In this document: positions 1 to 13,200 of the stretch, piece after piece
Numbering within the stretch: position 1 is the first letter of the stretch
How the letters are laid out: each line of letters starts with the position of its first letter
Source: Styela clava
Lineage: Eukaryota
Assembly (NCBI RefSeq): GCF_964204865.1
Contig: NC_135259.1
Location: forward strand, 6,572,001-6,636,000
DNA length: 64,000 nt
Direction of reading: 5' to 3'
Made by a program: the position numbers and the translations under genes
Notes under the pieces: generated by a model
Seen by the model: the letters and a program-made list of their open reading frames with translations, nothing else
What the model was told of the DNA's origin: nothing
Databases searched by the model: none

Positions 1-3000
1 CCTATATTAATTCTTCCACCATTCAATCCTTTCATTGCAATGTTGAATCCAAATCCTTCAGGTCCGATCCTGTTTTCTTCTGGTATTATACAGTCATCAA
101 ATGTAATTACACAGGTAGGTTGATTGTTCCAGCCAAGCTATGCATAAGAGGAACAGATAATATGATTAATGCATGCTCTAAAATTGTTCCATGTTGCTCT
201 TAGTTGCCACTCTGCCTACTTGCAGCTACACAGATATAAAATTAGCTACTCATCTCAAGAAAATCTATATACTGACTAACCAACTGTTCATAGGCCAATA
301 AATGTTGAGGGACCATCCTCTTGCATTTTAATGAAACATTCACTTATACATAGTATTGTAGTTGTACATTTTAAGAGGTAGCAAATAATGTGAGCTGCCT
401 TTTTACACCACTCCTCGCAATATTGTAGTCAAAGCTATCAAATTCGAGCAGCCTTGTCATATATTTAAATTAAAATTACCAACCTTTTTTTCAGGTTTTG
501 CAAATGAGAATCCTGGTGTTTCTTTTTCAACAATAAAACAAGATATTCCTTTTGGTCCCTTATCAGCAGTTCTGCACATTACTAGATAGAGATCGGTAGC
601 ACCTGCACCACTGATAAAAGCCTAAAAGATAAAAGTAATTTGTATTGTAACTTGTAAGTAAACATTACGTTAATTGACATAAACATAACATGCAGCTGAT
701 ATATTATACAAAAATTTGTATTCCCTCAATCACGCTTTGAAAAGTTACTGCTCTTCAATAGAAATCTTCTGTCTTGATTGATGATGAAAAGCAGTGCACG
801 TATTTACTTTAAGACAACATATAGTATTTTTATTTATTATTTAAATTATTGCATTAATACACAATCAATGAAAATAATTTCATAGAAAGGAGGTGGTAAA
901 AAGATAATCCAATAAGGAAATAATGAGTAAAATCACTATTATTTAATTTGTTTCTATACCAGGATTTCCGTAACAGGGTTTGGACAAGCAAGCATAAAGC
1001 ATATTGGTTCAAAAGCATAGTTATCTTTTCAGTCCCACTAGCTTACACTGGTATGAATAGCTTCTTAGGATGTAGTCAGACAAAATGGGACAACCTTATT
1101 TGAATGGTAGAAGCAAGAACTTACTTTGGATCCAGATACCCTGTAATGATCTCCATCCTTTTTAGCCACTGTGATGAGAGCAGCTGCATCACTACCAGAT
1201 CCTGAAAAATAGGCCAGAATATTTTACCATTTTTTTACTCAAGAATTTCTATCAGATAATTTATAATTTGTATATATCAAAAACAGGAACAAATGTTGAC
1301 AACTAATGCTGTTTGAATCCATTTTACAATTTTGAGAAGACAATTAAACAATTCTTTACTTCTTGGGTACATGTGCTGTGTCCCATTAGAACTGGCCCCG
1401 AAAAAAGTTTGACTATTTTGCCATAAATACCACTTTTATTCTTCTTACAAAACCTACTAAATTAATTATTCACATTGATTGTGATTTGTGATCAACAAAA
1501 AACATCTCTTTTTATTTTAGCCATCTTACCTGGTTCAGTAAGACAATATGATGAGAGAATTTTCATGGAAGTTAGAGGTGGAATAAACTTTTCTCGTTGT
1601 TCTTTATTACCAAATGTGTCAATCATCCAAGTTACCATGCTGAGAATAAATAAAAACAAATTGTCATTCACACATTATATCTTTTAGAAAAAACAAAAGT
1701 GACCAGTGAAAACATGGAACTAAATCGAGGAAATAGTATCTTTTGTAATAAGATACATATCACAGTATCAGGACATCAAATCTTTTATTTTTATACTATA
1801 GGAGCTGAATGGAAGCGAGATATTTCACTTGAGCTCAGCTAGTGTTGCAGTGTTATTTAGCAGGAAGTATAAATCATGATTTGTTTCTGTATTAATCAAA
1901 TGTTGAAGAAAAAAATAGGACTGCTTTTTCTTCTAAGAATTGCAGTTTTTATTTTGAATCAAATTTAATGTTTAGTCAGCTTGATTACAATTTCAAAGCA
2001 TTGAGCAAAATTCATATTAAAAAGATATTCATCTAATTTACAGATGTCCAAAAAATGAGTTTGTACAGCATTTGAAATTTGCCATATAAAGTTATTCGTT
2101 TACTGCAACTATTTATTCACTTAATAAAAATAAGAATCATTTGAAAACCAGATTTTACAAAATCATGCAAAATTTGTCATCCAAATTAAAATCAACTTGA
2201 CTCATATAAAGACTAACTTATGAATAGTGATATAAGCAGTTGTTGAGACACATCCTGATGATAGTGCTTCAAAAATCACAGATGTATCTAATCGTGATAA
2301 ACCTAATCCACCATATTCCGTGCTTGTATATAAACCACCGAATCCCAGTTCAGCAGTACGTTTGATCACATCAACAGGAAAATGATTCTAAAGTAGATCA
2401 ACATGAATAAAAATCAAAGTCACAAATAAAGTACAAAAAATTGACTTTACTTCAAACTTTTCTATAACCAAGACTCATAATATTGGTATGTTGGAGAAGA
2501 CCAATCATCAGGAATATTAAAATATGTCATATATTGGATTCGAACCAGCTAATAGTCAAGTTTTTAGTGTTATTTGAAATAGCAATTATAACTTTAAAAG
2601 TATCTGATGCCTAATTCTTATGTCCCTGCGACACACAGCATACATGTGTAATTTTTTTAATGGCATTTTACAAATCACAAAGACACTATTATTTAATATT
2701 GTTAAAAAAAACTATCTAGAATACCCTTAAATAAAATATTCCAGTTTCCTTTTTCTATTTTTAAATCGCGTATCAGGACAAGATTATTACAGTATTATCA
2801 TAATAAAAATTTTGTGAAACCTCTTCATCCCACTTTTGCATATTAGGCGCTAATTCATTTTGGGCAAAGTCATAGGCGAGTTTTTGGTATTCCTTCTGTT
2901 CATCACTGAGCCCAATCGTAGCTGGAAATGCAAAAAAAATAAATTAAGAATTGATGGATCAACCAAAAGTGAGACAAACAACAATTTGAAAGTGACATGC

Positions 3001-3365
3001 CCCAGAGTCCTGAAGTCACAATACTATGGTATGAGAACGGTAGAATATTGACAGGGGTTAGTAAGTGTAAGTCAGTAAGTGTTTATTCCGATTTTCCGTT
3101 ACAACACAACAATACATGGCAAAACAAACAAATATAGGAAAATCAGGACAGTGGTGTCCGAAGATTATATTATTCTGATAGTTGGAATGAGTGATATCTA
3201 CTCGTGTATCGGTATTCTACTGTCAGACTGTGGACATAACTCACGGTCAATGCAAGATGTTGTGTAGTTTGCTGCAGAACATAACTTGATTTGCTTCAAA
3301 CTAGCTTCTTTCAGTGCGATCGCTCTATGAGCCACACGCAGCGAAGTACTGATCAAAGACAACAT
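1..3365 (-). CDS. ACAD8: Isobutyryl-CoA dehydrogenase, mitochondrial; 5' seven coding exons, gene continues past the left edge
   Basis: Minus-strand exons with GT-AG borders and consistent phases: 3245-3365, 2821-2921, 2218-2387, 1530-1639, 1125-1201, 484-621, <1-137. Translation [81 protein letters not shown]...[38 protein letters not shown]...[16 protein letters not shown]...GSKAFISGAG...GPKGISCF...LGWNNQPT...[11 protein letters not shown] matches ACAD8 motifs. The N-terminus resembles a mitochondrial transit peptide. Confidence 0.95.
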
Positions 3366-3399
3366 TATATAAATTCTGGAATTCTAAACGATCAACGAA

Positions 3400-3770
3400 G
3401 ACACGTGTACACGTTACATGCCTTTCAGCGCTATCGTACCCCAGACCTATCTGCCTGCTGTAGACTGTCAGAGGGATTTGTGTGGAGCAACGCACGATGC
3501 CGTATTTTAATCATATATTTTGATACATTTTGACAATTTACGTGAATAATTTTTTCACGAAGTTGACCCGTAAATATATGGTTGACCTATAGACACGGCT
3601 GCTGTAACGTCCTTATTTCTGAGAAATGCCCTCATATTGACATGTGTCCTTATTTTGGTTTTATTGCAGGAGGTTCATATACCGGGCACTTAGATTGGTC
3701 AATTCGAATGATTGATTTGCTAGAAAGATACCTCATCGATTGCTACACGCATTCATGACGCACTGACGTA
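3400..3770 (-). promoter_or_regulatory. Probable ACAD8 proximal promoter
   Basis: Directly upstream of the ATG at 3365: CACGTG E-box (~3402), CCAAT on the minus strand (ATTGG 3694-3698), CRE-like TGACG half-sites (3756, 3764). Motif inspection only. Confidence 0.35.
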
Positions 3771-3801
3771 ATAACAGCAAATTAATTGCAATAGCCTACC
3801 C

Positions 3802-4462
3802 TAGTGCTCTTCAACAGGGGTTCCACGGAACCTTAGGGTTCCGCAACACATGCAGTGGGGTTCCATGAGTTTATAGGGTTCCTTGGGGGTTCCGCGTAAA
3901 GGAAAAAATGACTGCGGGCCAGTAAAGTTGAAAAAATGATTATTCTTCTTTTCCATTTTTGGATGAATTTCTAAGTGCGCAACAGCAAGAAGGACTCCAA
4001 GATATCCGTGATGATATTAATTCTGAGGAAACCTTCGAAAAAAATGGGAAGGCATATTTTTGGATTTCTCTTCACAAAGAGGGTACAGCAATTGCAAAAA
4101 TGCATTAAAAATTCTGTGTCAATTTTCCAATACCTATTTGTGTGAATCAGCATTTTCTGCTTTAACAACTATTAATACCAATAAAAGAAGTTGTTTAAAG
4201 AGTGTAGACAAGAGTATGAAAAATGCTTTGAGCGCCGTGGAGCCACGATTCAAGAAGAATGCAAAGAAAATGCAAGAACAACCTAGTCATTGAATTTCAC
4301 GCTTGTTACCTTCTTTCTGTTTCGTTGATGAGGTGGAAATATTTGAATCACAAATATTCCGTGTTACGAGTATTTCGTGTTTTATTTTTGTTATTTGGGG
4401 TTCCATAAAACACGAAAAATGATATCAGGGGTTCGCAATAACAAAAAGGTTGAAGAGCACTG
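3802..4462 (+). mobile_element. Non-autonomous hAT (Buster/Charlie-type) element with transposase C-terminal remnant
   Basis: TIRs TAGTGCTCTTCAAC / GTTGAAGAGCACTG, GGGGTTCC subterminal repeats, degenerate 8-bp TSD gcctaccc/gtctagcc. ORF 4060-4293 (ALKILCQFSNTYLCESAFSAL...EPRF...QPSH) is the typical Buster/Charlie hATC terminus. Confidence 0.88.
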
Positions 4463-5993
4463 GTCTAGCCTACCGGTAAAGATTAGTTCGTGTAACCTAC
4501 CTATCGATATCGCTGGAACAAACTATAGGAGAAGAACCATTCCAGTACAAAGTAAGATTAGACATTGGTCACCCGGCATGAATACATTTTGTTTATTACA
4601 TTGCGTTCTTTTTTATCTTATTATTACGTTTACCTAATTTCCTTATTTTTGGGTTAATATAGATGGCAACAGAGACAGTAAAATCTATGATAGAGAGAGA
4701 GAGTTAGATATTTATTTCCACAAACAATGAAAAACAGCCTTTGCCCGACAACAGGGGTGGTATCTTTTTTGTGGCTTCGGAACCAGGCCACACAAAAGGG
4801 GCCAGGCCACGGACAAATTGGGGCCAGGCCTCAGAATACTTGGGGCCAGGCCAACGCAATGGTAATGTTAGGACATCCGTATTTGTTTAGTTATATTTTT
4901 GTTTATAAGTAATGTGGAAACTGGTAATGTTAAGACATGTACGGTACCTGTACAATTGAACCGTACCGTATGTTACAACCAATGACGTTACAACTCGGGA
5001 AAATGCTGTATTCGAACACTTACTCATTACAAATGTAGAGGTATAAGTTTATTTCGACTCCATAATCAGCAATAGACGATAAAATAAAAGTAACTGATTA
5101 TAGAATCGGGAAAGCAAACAAAACCTCAGGTAAAGTTTGAAGCGTACATATTTTAGATGGAAAGGTATTGATAAAAGTAGTACGTGTTCGCTCACCCAAT
5201 GTATTACTTATGTGAGGGGGTTACATTATTGTAGTGTTTCTACTGGTCATCATATCCAGATATTTATATTCCTCACCGCATTCATTGTCTGTTTACTGTA
5301 GCGTGAACTGGTGCCTATATGTTAAAAAAAACCTCAGTGAAATAAGTTATTACTTATCGATTTTAATCGGTAAGTATGTTGATGGGTATTTGTCTATCTG
5401 TCTGTTAGATGCACACGATATCTCACGATTGAATCTACTCCAGGTTTTGCACGTGCATTCATCATATGTCGTACCAGAAGCCTATCGATTTTTGAAGAAT
5501 TATGTCGTATAATTAGCGAGTTATTAATTAATTAGTGATGGGACACAAGGTGTCACTATGGAGTAAGAGCGCTGTTTTGGGGGATCCCCTAACTTTCGAT
5601 CGATAAGTCTTCGGTCTCTAACCGATGTTCTCGTATTTATTGCTTGTTGCATACCTTTTTGTAATTGTTAATTTGTTTAGCGAATATGTGTTGTTATATA
5701 ATTAATTTCAAATAACTGAAAAGTAACCATTTATACAATAAATGGTTAATATATCAAAGAATAATTCCACCAGTGACTCAAATGCTATTATTAAATGAAG
5801 TCCGTACTGATAAATTGTGTAGTTCTATCTGTATTGCATAGGCAATTGACAGGGGTTTACACACTAAGATGTTTTAGATTTGTAATACAAATTGCAGGCA
5901 CAACATATCGGTAGCTGATATATTCTATTACAACCACTGGTATCCCAATATTCAGCATACAAAAAAAACTACTCTTCTCCCGGTTATACATTA

Positions 5994-6097
5994 ACATTAT
6001 CCCTAACAGAAAACAAGATCCATGCATACCAGTCGATTAACTGTGTTATACATTATCCCTAACAGAAAACAAGATTCATGCATACCAGTTGATTAAC
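5994..6097. repeat. Two-copy direct tandem duplication, period 56 bp
   Basis: acattatccctaacagaaaacaagatYcatgcataccagtYgattaac at 5994 and 6050. Confidence 0.85.
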
Positions 6098-8690
6098 GGT
6101 TTCATTTATTGAAAAATATGCAAACACCAGATTGGCAGGATCCATACATACTCTTTTTGGAAATAAGAATCATCTCCAAGGGAGTCCTTTTTGTTAGCAT
6201 CTTGAGACCTACCTATTATCGATAATTACTTTAATTATATTCAGTGTGATGAATATCAAGGATAAATGTTCAATCATAAGACTGTTTTTTCAATATAAGT
6301 CATCATAGGTATATCAGAAAAGTAACTGTAGTACAAACGCATATTAGATAATCATAAGCAAGGAAAATGTAAGACTCTTGACTGGAACTGATTTAGAGGT
6401 TCAAGGGGAAATTCGCAAAATTCAATTTGGTATTTTTTCAAATTTGTTTTTAGCAACTACATCGGTAAGGTTGAGTATCTCCTACTACACAATATAAAAC
6501 CAAAATTATATAGAGTCCGTTTTGTTGTCATCATAGCAGACACCATGATTTAATTTCTTCTTCTCTCCAAGCTATAAAACAAAAAAAATTATGTTAAAAT
6601 TCTGAATAATGTTAATTCACGCTGTATTTGGAAATTTCAGTTTTCCTGCAAAGCCGTGAATTTCACATTGTTACGTCACAATCACAACAACGCAAGATCA
6701 GGGAAAATCTATGTTTCAATTGGCATCCAGTTTCAAACGGTACGCATTTTCCTCTGGTAGTAATAAAGGATATTAAAAAACAGCAACACACAAAAACTCG
6801 ACTGCCATCCAAGTACCCCCTGAAATCTTCTTGTGAACCCCCGGGGGTTCGCGAACTCCTGGACTAGATCCTGCTTGGTCCATCCCTGATTTGTATACAT
6901 CGCAGATCACTTCATTATCAAAAACTTATTAGGTTAGAAACAAATGGGATGGGCCAATTTTTATATTCTATTTTGTTTTTACTTATCGTTGCCTATGTCC
7001 TGCTATAAAGCTCAGTAGAAACAATACGTCAAACTCACATTGAAGTACGTAGAATCTGAATAAATCTTCCATTAATAATCATAATACATCATAGTTTTAT
7101 GTACGCGATGTTTTGGAGAAGCAAAATCAATAACATGGATACTACGACAATTGTTTGCATGTTGTTACGACGTGAGCACCTGAGATGTCACAAAAATTAT
7201 GTTATTTGTTAAAGCCATACTGAACAATTTTTTATCATGTGATACAATTAATACATATTAGGCATTACATGTATTTCTTTACAATGATTAGTGATTGAGG
7301 CAATATTTAAAAATAAAACCGATAGTGGCAAAAAATTCACATCTTACACTCGTATAAAAAAAAGAGTGCTTAATAGGGAACACCATTTGCAAAAAACATC
7401 TTGCGAGAAACATCTCTTGAAAATGGAATTTTTCCAAATACAGTATAAAAATAGCAAATAATCAAAAAAATTGTGAAAGAACTTGCAAATGTTATTTTAG
7501 GAAAACAAATGTACAAAATTCAGACTTGACTATTAGACACAATCTTGACTGGAACAAAAAAATTTAACCATGGAGATTGTATTCAGGTCTCATCTGTACA
7601 GTTATTGTTACAATAATGTGATCGAGGCAAATAATACCAAATCTTACCATTATACTATACCATCTATTTTAGTATTTAATCTTTGTAATGGAATCTCGTT
7701 CGGAATATATTTTTATGTCTTCTCGGAAAAACTTTTTCGCTTGATTCCTGGTTTCATTATCAATTTAATCCCTGAAATCAGATCCAATTATGTATGTAGT
7801 AGTAAACATCACAAGGATATAATACAAATATGTTATGCATGCTTCAGGTGGATATAAAAATATAAGGAATATTAATAAGTATTTTTAACTTTGTCTCAGC
7901 CGTAAAACATTTCAGAACAATCTCAAAAACAAATATATACTGAAATCTCTACTCTAATCATTTGAATGACGAACGAATATAAAAGTGTGAATCAAAGCTT
8001 TCCCCAAAACCCGTCTTAAAATGAAAAGACCAGTGCGCCAGCTAATGTTATCTAATATGAATGCTCTGAATAAATAATATACATTGTAATATTAGGCTTA
8101 AATGTATACAGTCTGATATGAGTATTACTTATAAATAGTTTGAGTAAGATAAGCTTGAAATATTTTTCCCAACCTGGTAAATGTAAACTACAAATTCTCT
8201 TTCTTATTCATAATCTATGATCAAATTGATATGATACCAGCTTCTTACATCCTAATTCTTGTATACATTCCTCAGTTATCGAGTAGTATCTGTTTCACTG
8301 CAATCATGAATCATATCAGCATATATACTGAACAAAAAACATTAATTCCCCAAAAAGGCACAAGGTGTCGATAAGTTTGAAACAAATCTTATGGTACTAT
8401 TGTTGTAAAGTAACTTAACCGTCATTACAAACCTGTTATATACAATAAAACTATGACTAATCCACTTCCAACAACATTCAGACATTGCGTCCCCGAATCA
8501 CCTCGCTATATGAATCCACTTTTTAAACTGCACTTCCAGGCAACAAATTTCAAAGTATTTACTTTTCAGACAGTCAAACATGATTTCATACTATTAGGGT
8601 TTCCTGTAACTCGAAGATCTTTACTAACCTGTTGAAAACCATGAAAAAAAAAATAATACAAAATCAAGTATGGCTCCATATACAGATATA

Positions 8691-8962
8691 CCATGTTCCC
8701 CCAAAAATAGGACTGGGTCTTAAAAAGTAGAGAATTACGAGATTTTCAAATATACAAACTATGAAAACCTATATCCATTTACTTATGAATAACACGTTCT
8801 TATTCAAAACAACTGCAAAACATAGATTATTATCAATCATTTAAAACGTGTAAGAGGGATAAAAAAATCTCGCGGTATTGACTTGGTCTTATTTTAAGGG
8901 GAGGGCTTATATTAAAATTATTTTTAAAATTCGTGCTAGGTCTTTTTTTCGGGTAAACACAG
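8691..8962. mobile_element. Tc1/mariner-superfamily (Tc2/pogo-like) MITE
   Basis: Imperfect TIRs, left CCATGTTCCC...AAAAATAGGAC and right GTCTTTTTTTCGGGTAAACACAG, flanked by TA on both sides. Confidence 0.7.
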
Positions 8963-9260
8963 TAGCACTATGGCTAATGTCTCGTGTTTTTTATGCAGTA
9001 CTTCCAAGCAATATTTTTTCGCTTAAATATATATTATATAAATATATTTCGATTCTTTATACTATTAAGGTTTGCTTGTACCTTTTCTCCGACAGAGACC
9101 TTACCGAGATCTTTTCTAACCTGTTGGACACACAAAAGATAGGACTAATACACTTTTCATAACAGAAATTGAATGTGGCTCCATTTTCTATCCTGTACTT
9201 CCAGGTAAGAAATTCCCAGTTAAATGCTATTCAAACATACTCTTTTCACAAATGAGGTTC

Positions 9261-9604
9261 AACAATCTCGAAACTTAGCAAAAAACGTATAAAAGGGCAT
9301 TTCGACGATATTCATCTGCGATTCTCTAAAATATCCCACATTAGGTGTAGGAATATTTTTATTGTAGATTAAAGTAAATTAAATTGACTTGTTTTTAGAA
9401 TGTAGAAAACCAGGCGCATCCATATTAGTTCAAAAGATATAAAGCAAACAATCTCGATACTTTGCGAAAAACTTATAAAAAGGCGTTTCGACGTATTCAT
9501 CTGCGATTCTCTAAAATATCCCACATTAGGAGTAGAAATATTTTCATTGTAGATTAAAGTAAATTAAATTGACTTGTTTTTAGAATGTAGAAAACAATGT
9601 GCAT
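9261..9604. repeat. ~186-bp tandem repeat, left part (continues at 16815-16957 after the retrotransposon)
   Basis: The landmark aacaatctcga recurs at 9261, 9447 and, as aacaatgtcga, at 16847; the units share tattcatctgcgattctctaaaat. Confidence 0.85.
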
Positions 9605-10211
9605 TGTCGGCAGTCCGTGTGGTCCTAAAGTTTAGTTTAGTTAGGATTCCTTCAGTTGTACATCGTCATCGTGATGATTATCGCTATCTCGTCGTCGTCA
9701 TCATTACTGTGTTGTTTTCTCGTATTCGACGTGTCGCATTTTTCTTTTTCACGTGTTATCGTGTTACGTATTTATTTTATTATCGTCCCCTAAGCTCAGC
9801 AAGATGTTTAAGATTGCATTTCTGGTGGTAGCAGTTTAGGATTTCATTTCTTGTTATGGCAGTTTAAGATTACATCGCCTTTATAACGTTGAAGTTTGAA
9901 TTCATTCAATAGTCTTCTTTTATACTGTATTTCGAATCGTTCGATATAACATTATGATATTTGCATGTCTACAGCTCGTATGGTATTGCATTTATAGTTA
10001 CTGTTTTACCTTGGTTGTATATCTGTCGTTTTGGGACTATGCTGTTATATGGAGTTGTTTTGTGTAAGTATTAGTTTAATATTCTGTATCATTTGTCTTT
10101 GATTTATTTGGTGCTAATTATTTCATTTGTATTTTAGTCAACCGTTTTGAATACTTTCAATAAAACGAGTCTGGCAAATCGACTTATCATTTCCGGGTCC
10201 CAAAAGTGACA
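9605..10211 (+). repeat. 5' LTR
   Basis: Starts TGTCGG, ends GTGACA; AATAAA at 10159; no difference from the 3' LTR found by eye. Confidence 0.95.
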
Positions 10212-10239
10212 AAGTTGAACAAATCTCCTTGCGACGACG

Positions 10240-13200
10240 ATGAACGAAGCAGATGAATCAATTACACAAGATTTGAATAGACGAGAAGCTTCTTCTTCGC
10301 CTGCAGTTCCTCTCGCGGAAACAGACGGCGGTAACTCTGAAACTATTGGACGCAATGTATTATGCCACGAAAGAGTCCGACTACAAAATGAACTAAATGG
10401 TTTGTGCGACAGAATTTCAAAATCGATTACTGAAAATGCTCAAAATTCTATCGTTACTGATCTTAAAATTAAACTTCATGTTAAACGATTTGCTTATGAC
10501 CAAGTGATGGATAAACTCATTCCGACTACCCGTAATCCAAATGTTTTGAAGAAATATGAAACTGGAAGGCAAATGATGTTATCGAAAATCGATCAAATTG
10601 AAAGCAGAATTAATTCTTACCTTGACGAGGAGATCGTTTCTGATCACGGGTCTGTCGAATCCAATACAAGCAAATGCAGTGTTGAATCACTGAAGCGATT
10701 GCAACTTGAGCAAGAACGAGAGGTAGAAAGAGCCGATTCTCTTGTACGTATGGCTAAACGAGACTTTCTCACAGAAGAAGATACCATTCGCAATAAAATA
10801 TCAGCACTAGAGCGTCGCCTTGATACCAAACGTCGAGACATAAACGAAAAAGAACGAATGGCAGATCTAACACGTCGCCAAGCTGACGAACTTATGCGTG
10901 AAATTGAACAAGAAAAGACTGAATTGGCTACCAAAAAGATGCCTAAAGATAACTTCCGTGGCGTCAATATTGAATATCCGTTAGAGTCAACACGCAGACG
11001 AAGTGCAGCGAACTTTTTTGTTCCGACGAAGAGTCGAGTGGCAACAAATTCAGAAAAGACCAAAGAATTGCATTTCCCGACAGCACGAACTTACAAACGC
11101 CCGTCTCCTGCAAACAGAATGCTCATACCACAAGAAGCAGTCGACGCGTGGATTGACCACTTGGAACCTAACCAGTCTGGTAAATTTTCTGTTAATTCTT
11201 TTAATATGTCAGTAGAGGAACAAACTATGTTATCATTACAGTTGAATTCTAGAATATTGTCCCAGCACCATTTATCGCCGATTACGATTCCTAGTTTTAG
11301 CGGAACGCCCCTAGAATGGCCAAACTTTATTGAGTTATTTTTTGATAATGTACACAGTTCTCTTGACGACGACGGTTCGCGTATGGTTCGCTTAGTCGCG
11401 TCTTTGACGGGGGTGGCTAAACGACATGTCGATGGCTTAGGCACGGTGGGAAGTAATTATATTGTCGCGTTGAGTGAATTGAAACATATATTCGGCCAAC
11501 GGGTGACGATTGCTCGGGCCTTTCTCGAGAAGGTTGTAGATGGTAGACGAGTAACAGAATTCAGTATCCGAAAAATATCCGATTTTCATTCTGAAGTTCG
11601 CGACATTGTGATAAATTTGAAGAAAATGCGATTGCTTGCAGATTTGTATAGTATTGAAAATGTTAGAAAGACAGCAATGCGAATTCCGGCAGAACTGACC
11701 TCGAGTTGGAATAAGTTTGTGACTGATATGATTCGTGCCGACGAAATGCCGAGTTTACTGGACTTCGAGCAGTGGTTGTGGGAACGATGCGAGGAATTAG
11801 GAAATCCTTTTTCACCAAATCTTTTCAGTACTAAAATAGATCGTGACGATCGCAGACAGGCATTTCCTAAGAAGAATGTGGTATACCCTTTATCGGGTCA
11901 TTCAAATCAGCCGCTCGAACAACCGCGAATGCAATGTTTCTATTGCAATGGTTTTCATTCTTTAAGTAACTGCGATAGCTTCAGGTTTAGTGCCAATGAC
12001 ACGAAAAGAAGATTTCTACTAAATTCACGCCTGTGCTTTAACTGTCTCGAACCTGGACATTTAGCTATTTCGTGCCGGTTCCGCAATATGTGTCGTGTTT
12101 GTCCCGGTAAGCATCATTCAGCCATCCATGGTTTGAGAGTCGTTCCTAATAGATTGAGTGATAACAATCAGCCTGATCTCCCTCCTCATATGAGCGGCGT
12201 TGCCAATTCTCATGTTTCAGGCGTTAATGGTGTTCAGTTTCAGCTTTTGCCAGTCGTAGTAAAAGGCCCATTGGGATCCTCTGAATATGCTATCGCTGTT
12301 CTAGATTCTGCCAGTCAAATCTCAATAATACATCCCAAATTAAAACAAAAACTTGGTTTGAAAGGAAGTCCTAGGTGTCTAACCATTAACACCTTATGCA
12401 ATAAGGGCGTTTCGCAAAATACGGAGGTGGTGAAATTGTCGGTGCGATCTGCTCACGACGAGAGTGGTCAAATTCTGATGTTAAGCAACGTGTTTGTGGT
12501 CGAGTCACGCATACCACATCCAGCTAGAATCCTTAAGAACGATCACAATATGACTCACCTGCAGGATATTCCGTTAACCGACATTGAAGCGAATAAAGCC
12601 ATGATTTTAATCGGAGCCGATAATCCCTTGGCGCATTTCCAGCTTGAACGTAGAGTCGGCCAGCAACATGAACCAGTGGGTATTAAAACTCCTCTCGGTT
12701 GGACTTTGATCGGGTCTTCAGGCCCGACTAATGAAGATGAAACTGTTTCAAATATGCTGTGTTGTGATTTGCGTGACCAGTATAACATGCTGCAAGAACA
12801 AGTTGAGCGATTTTGGTCCACTGAAGCTGTAGGCACGGCGTACAATTTGACCCGTAGCGAGTCGATTGAAGATAGACAAACTGATAATTTGATGGAAAGA
12901 AAAATTAGATTTATCGACGGTCATTACGAGGTTGGGTTTATGTGGAGAAATGAAAATTGCGAAATGCCGCCAAACGAACACGTAGCGCTTAACAGGTTCG
13001 AAAATCTCAGAAAACGACTCCAAGGAAACGAACGTTTGCGAAACTTATATTGTAAAGAAATGGCAAAGAATATTGAAAGGGGTTGGGTGCGTAAGCTAAC
13101 TTCAGATGAAAAGGCGTTTCGCGGTCCTCGAACTTGGTTTCTGCCTCATCATGGCGTTGAAAATCCCAACAAGCCAAATAAACTAAGAATTGTTTTTGAC

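Noticed and set aside
9261-9604. Repeats as CRISPR arrays (also 5994-6097, 38298-38484, 59710-59800)
   Set aside because: No unique spacers, no cas genes, eukaryotic context; explained as tandem or TE subterminal repeats.
9574-9831. Near-identical hydrophobic ORFs at 9574-9831 and 16201-16434 as a possible env or accessory gene
   Set aside because: Both are LTR sequence with non-ATG starts lying outside the LTR; T-rich composition explains the hydrophobicity.
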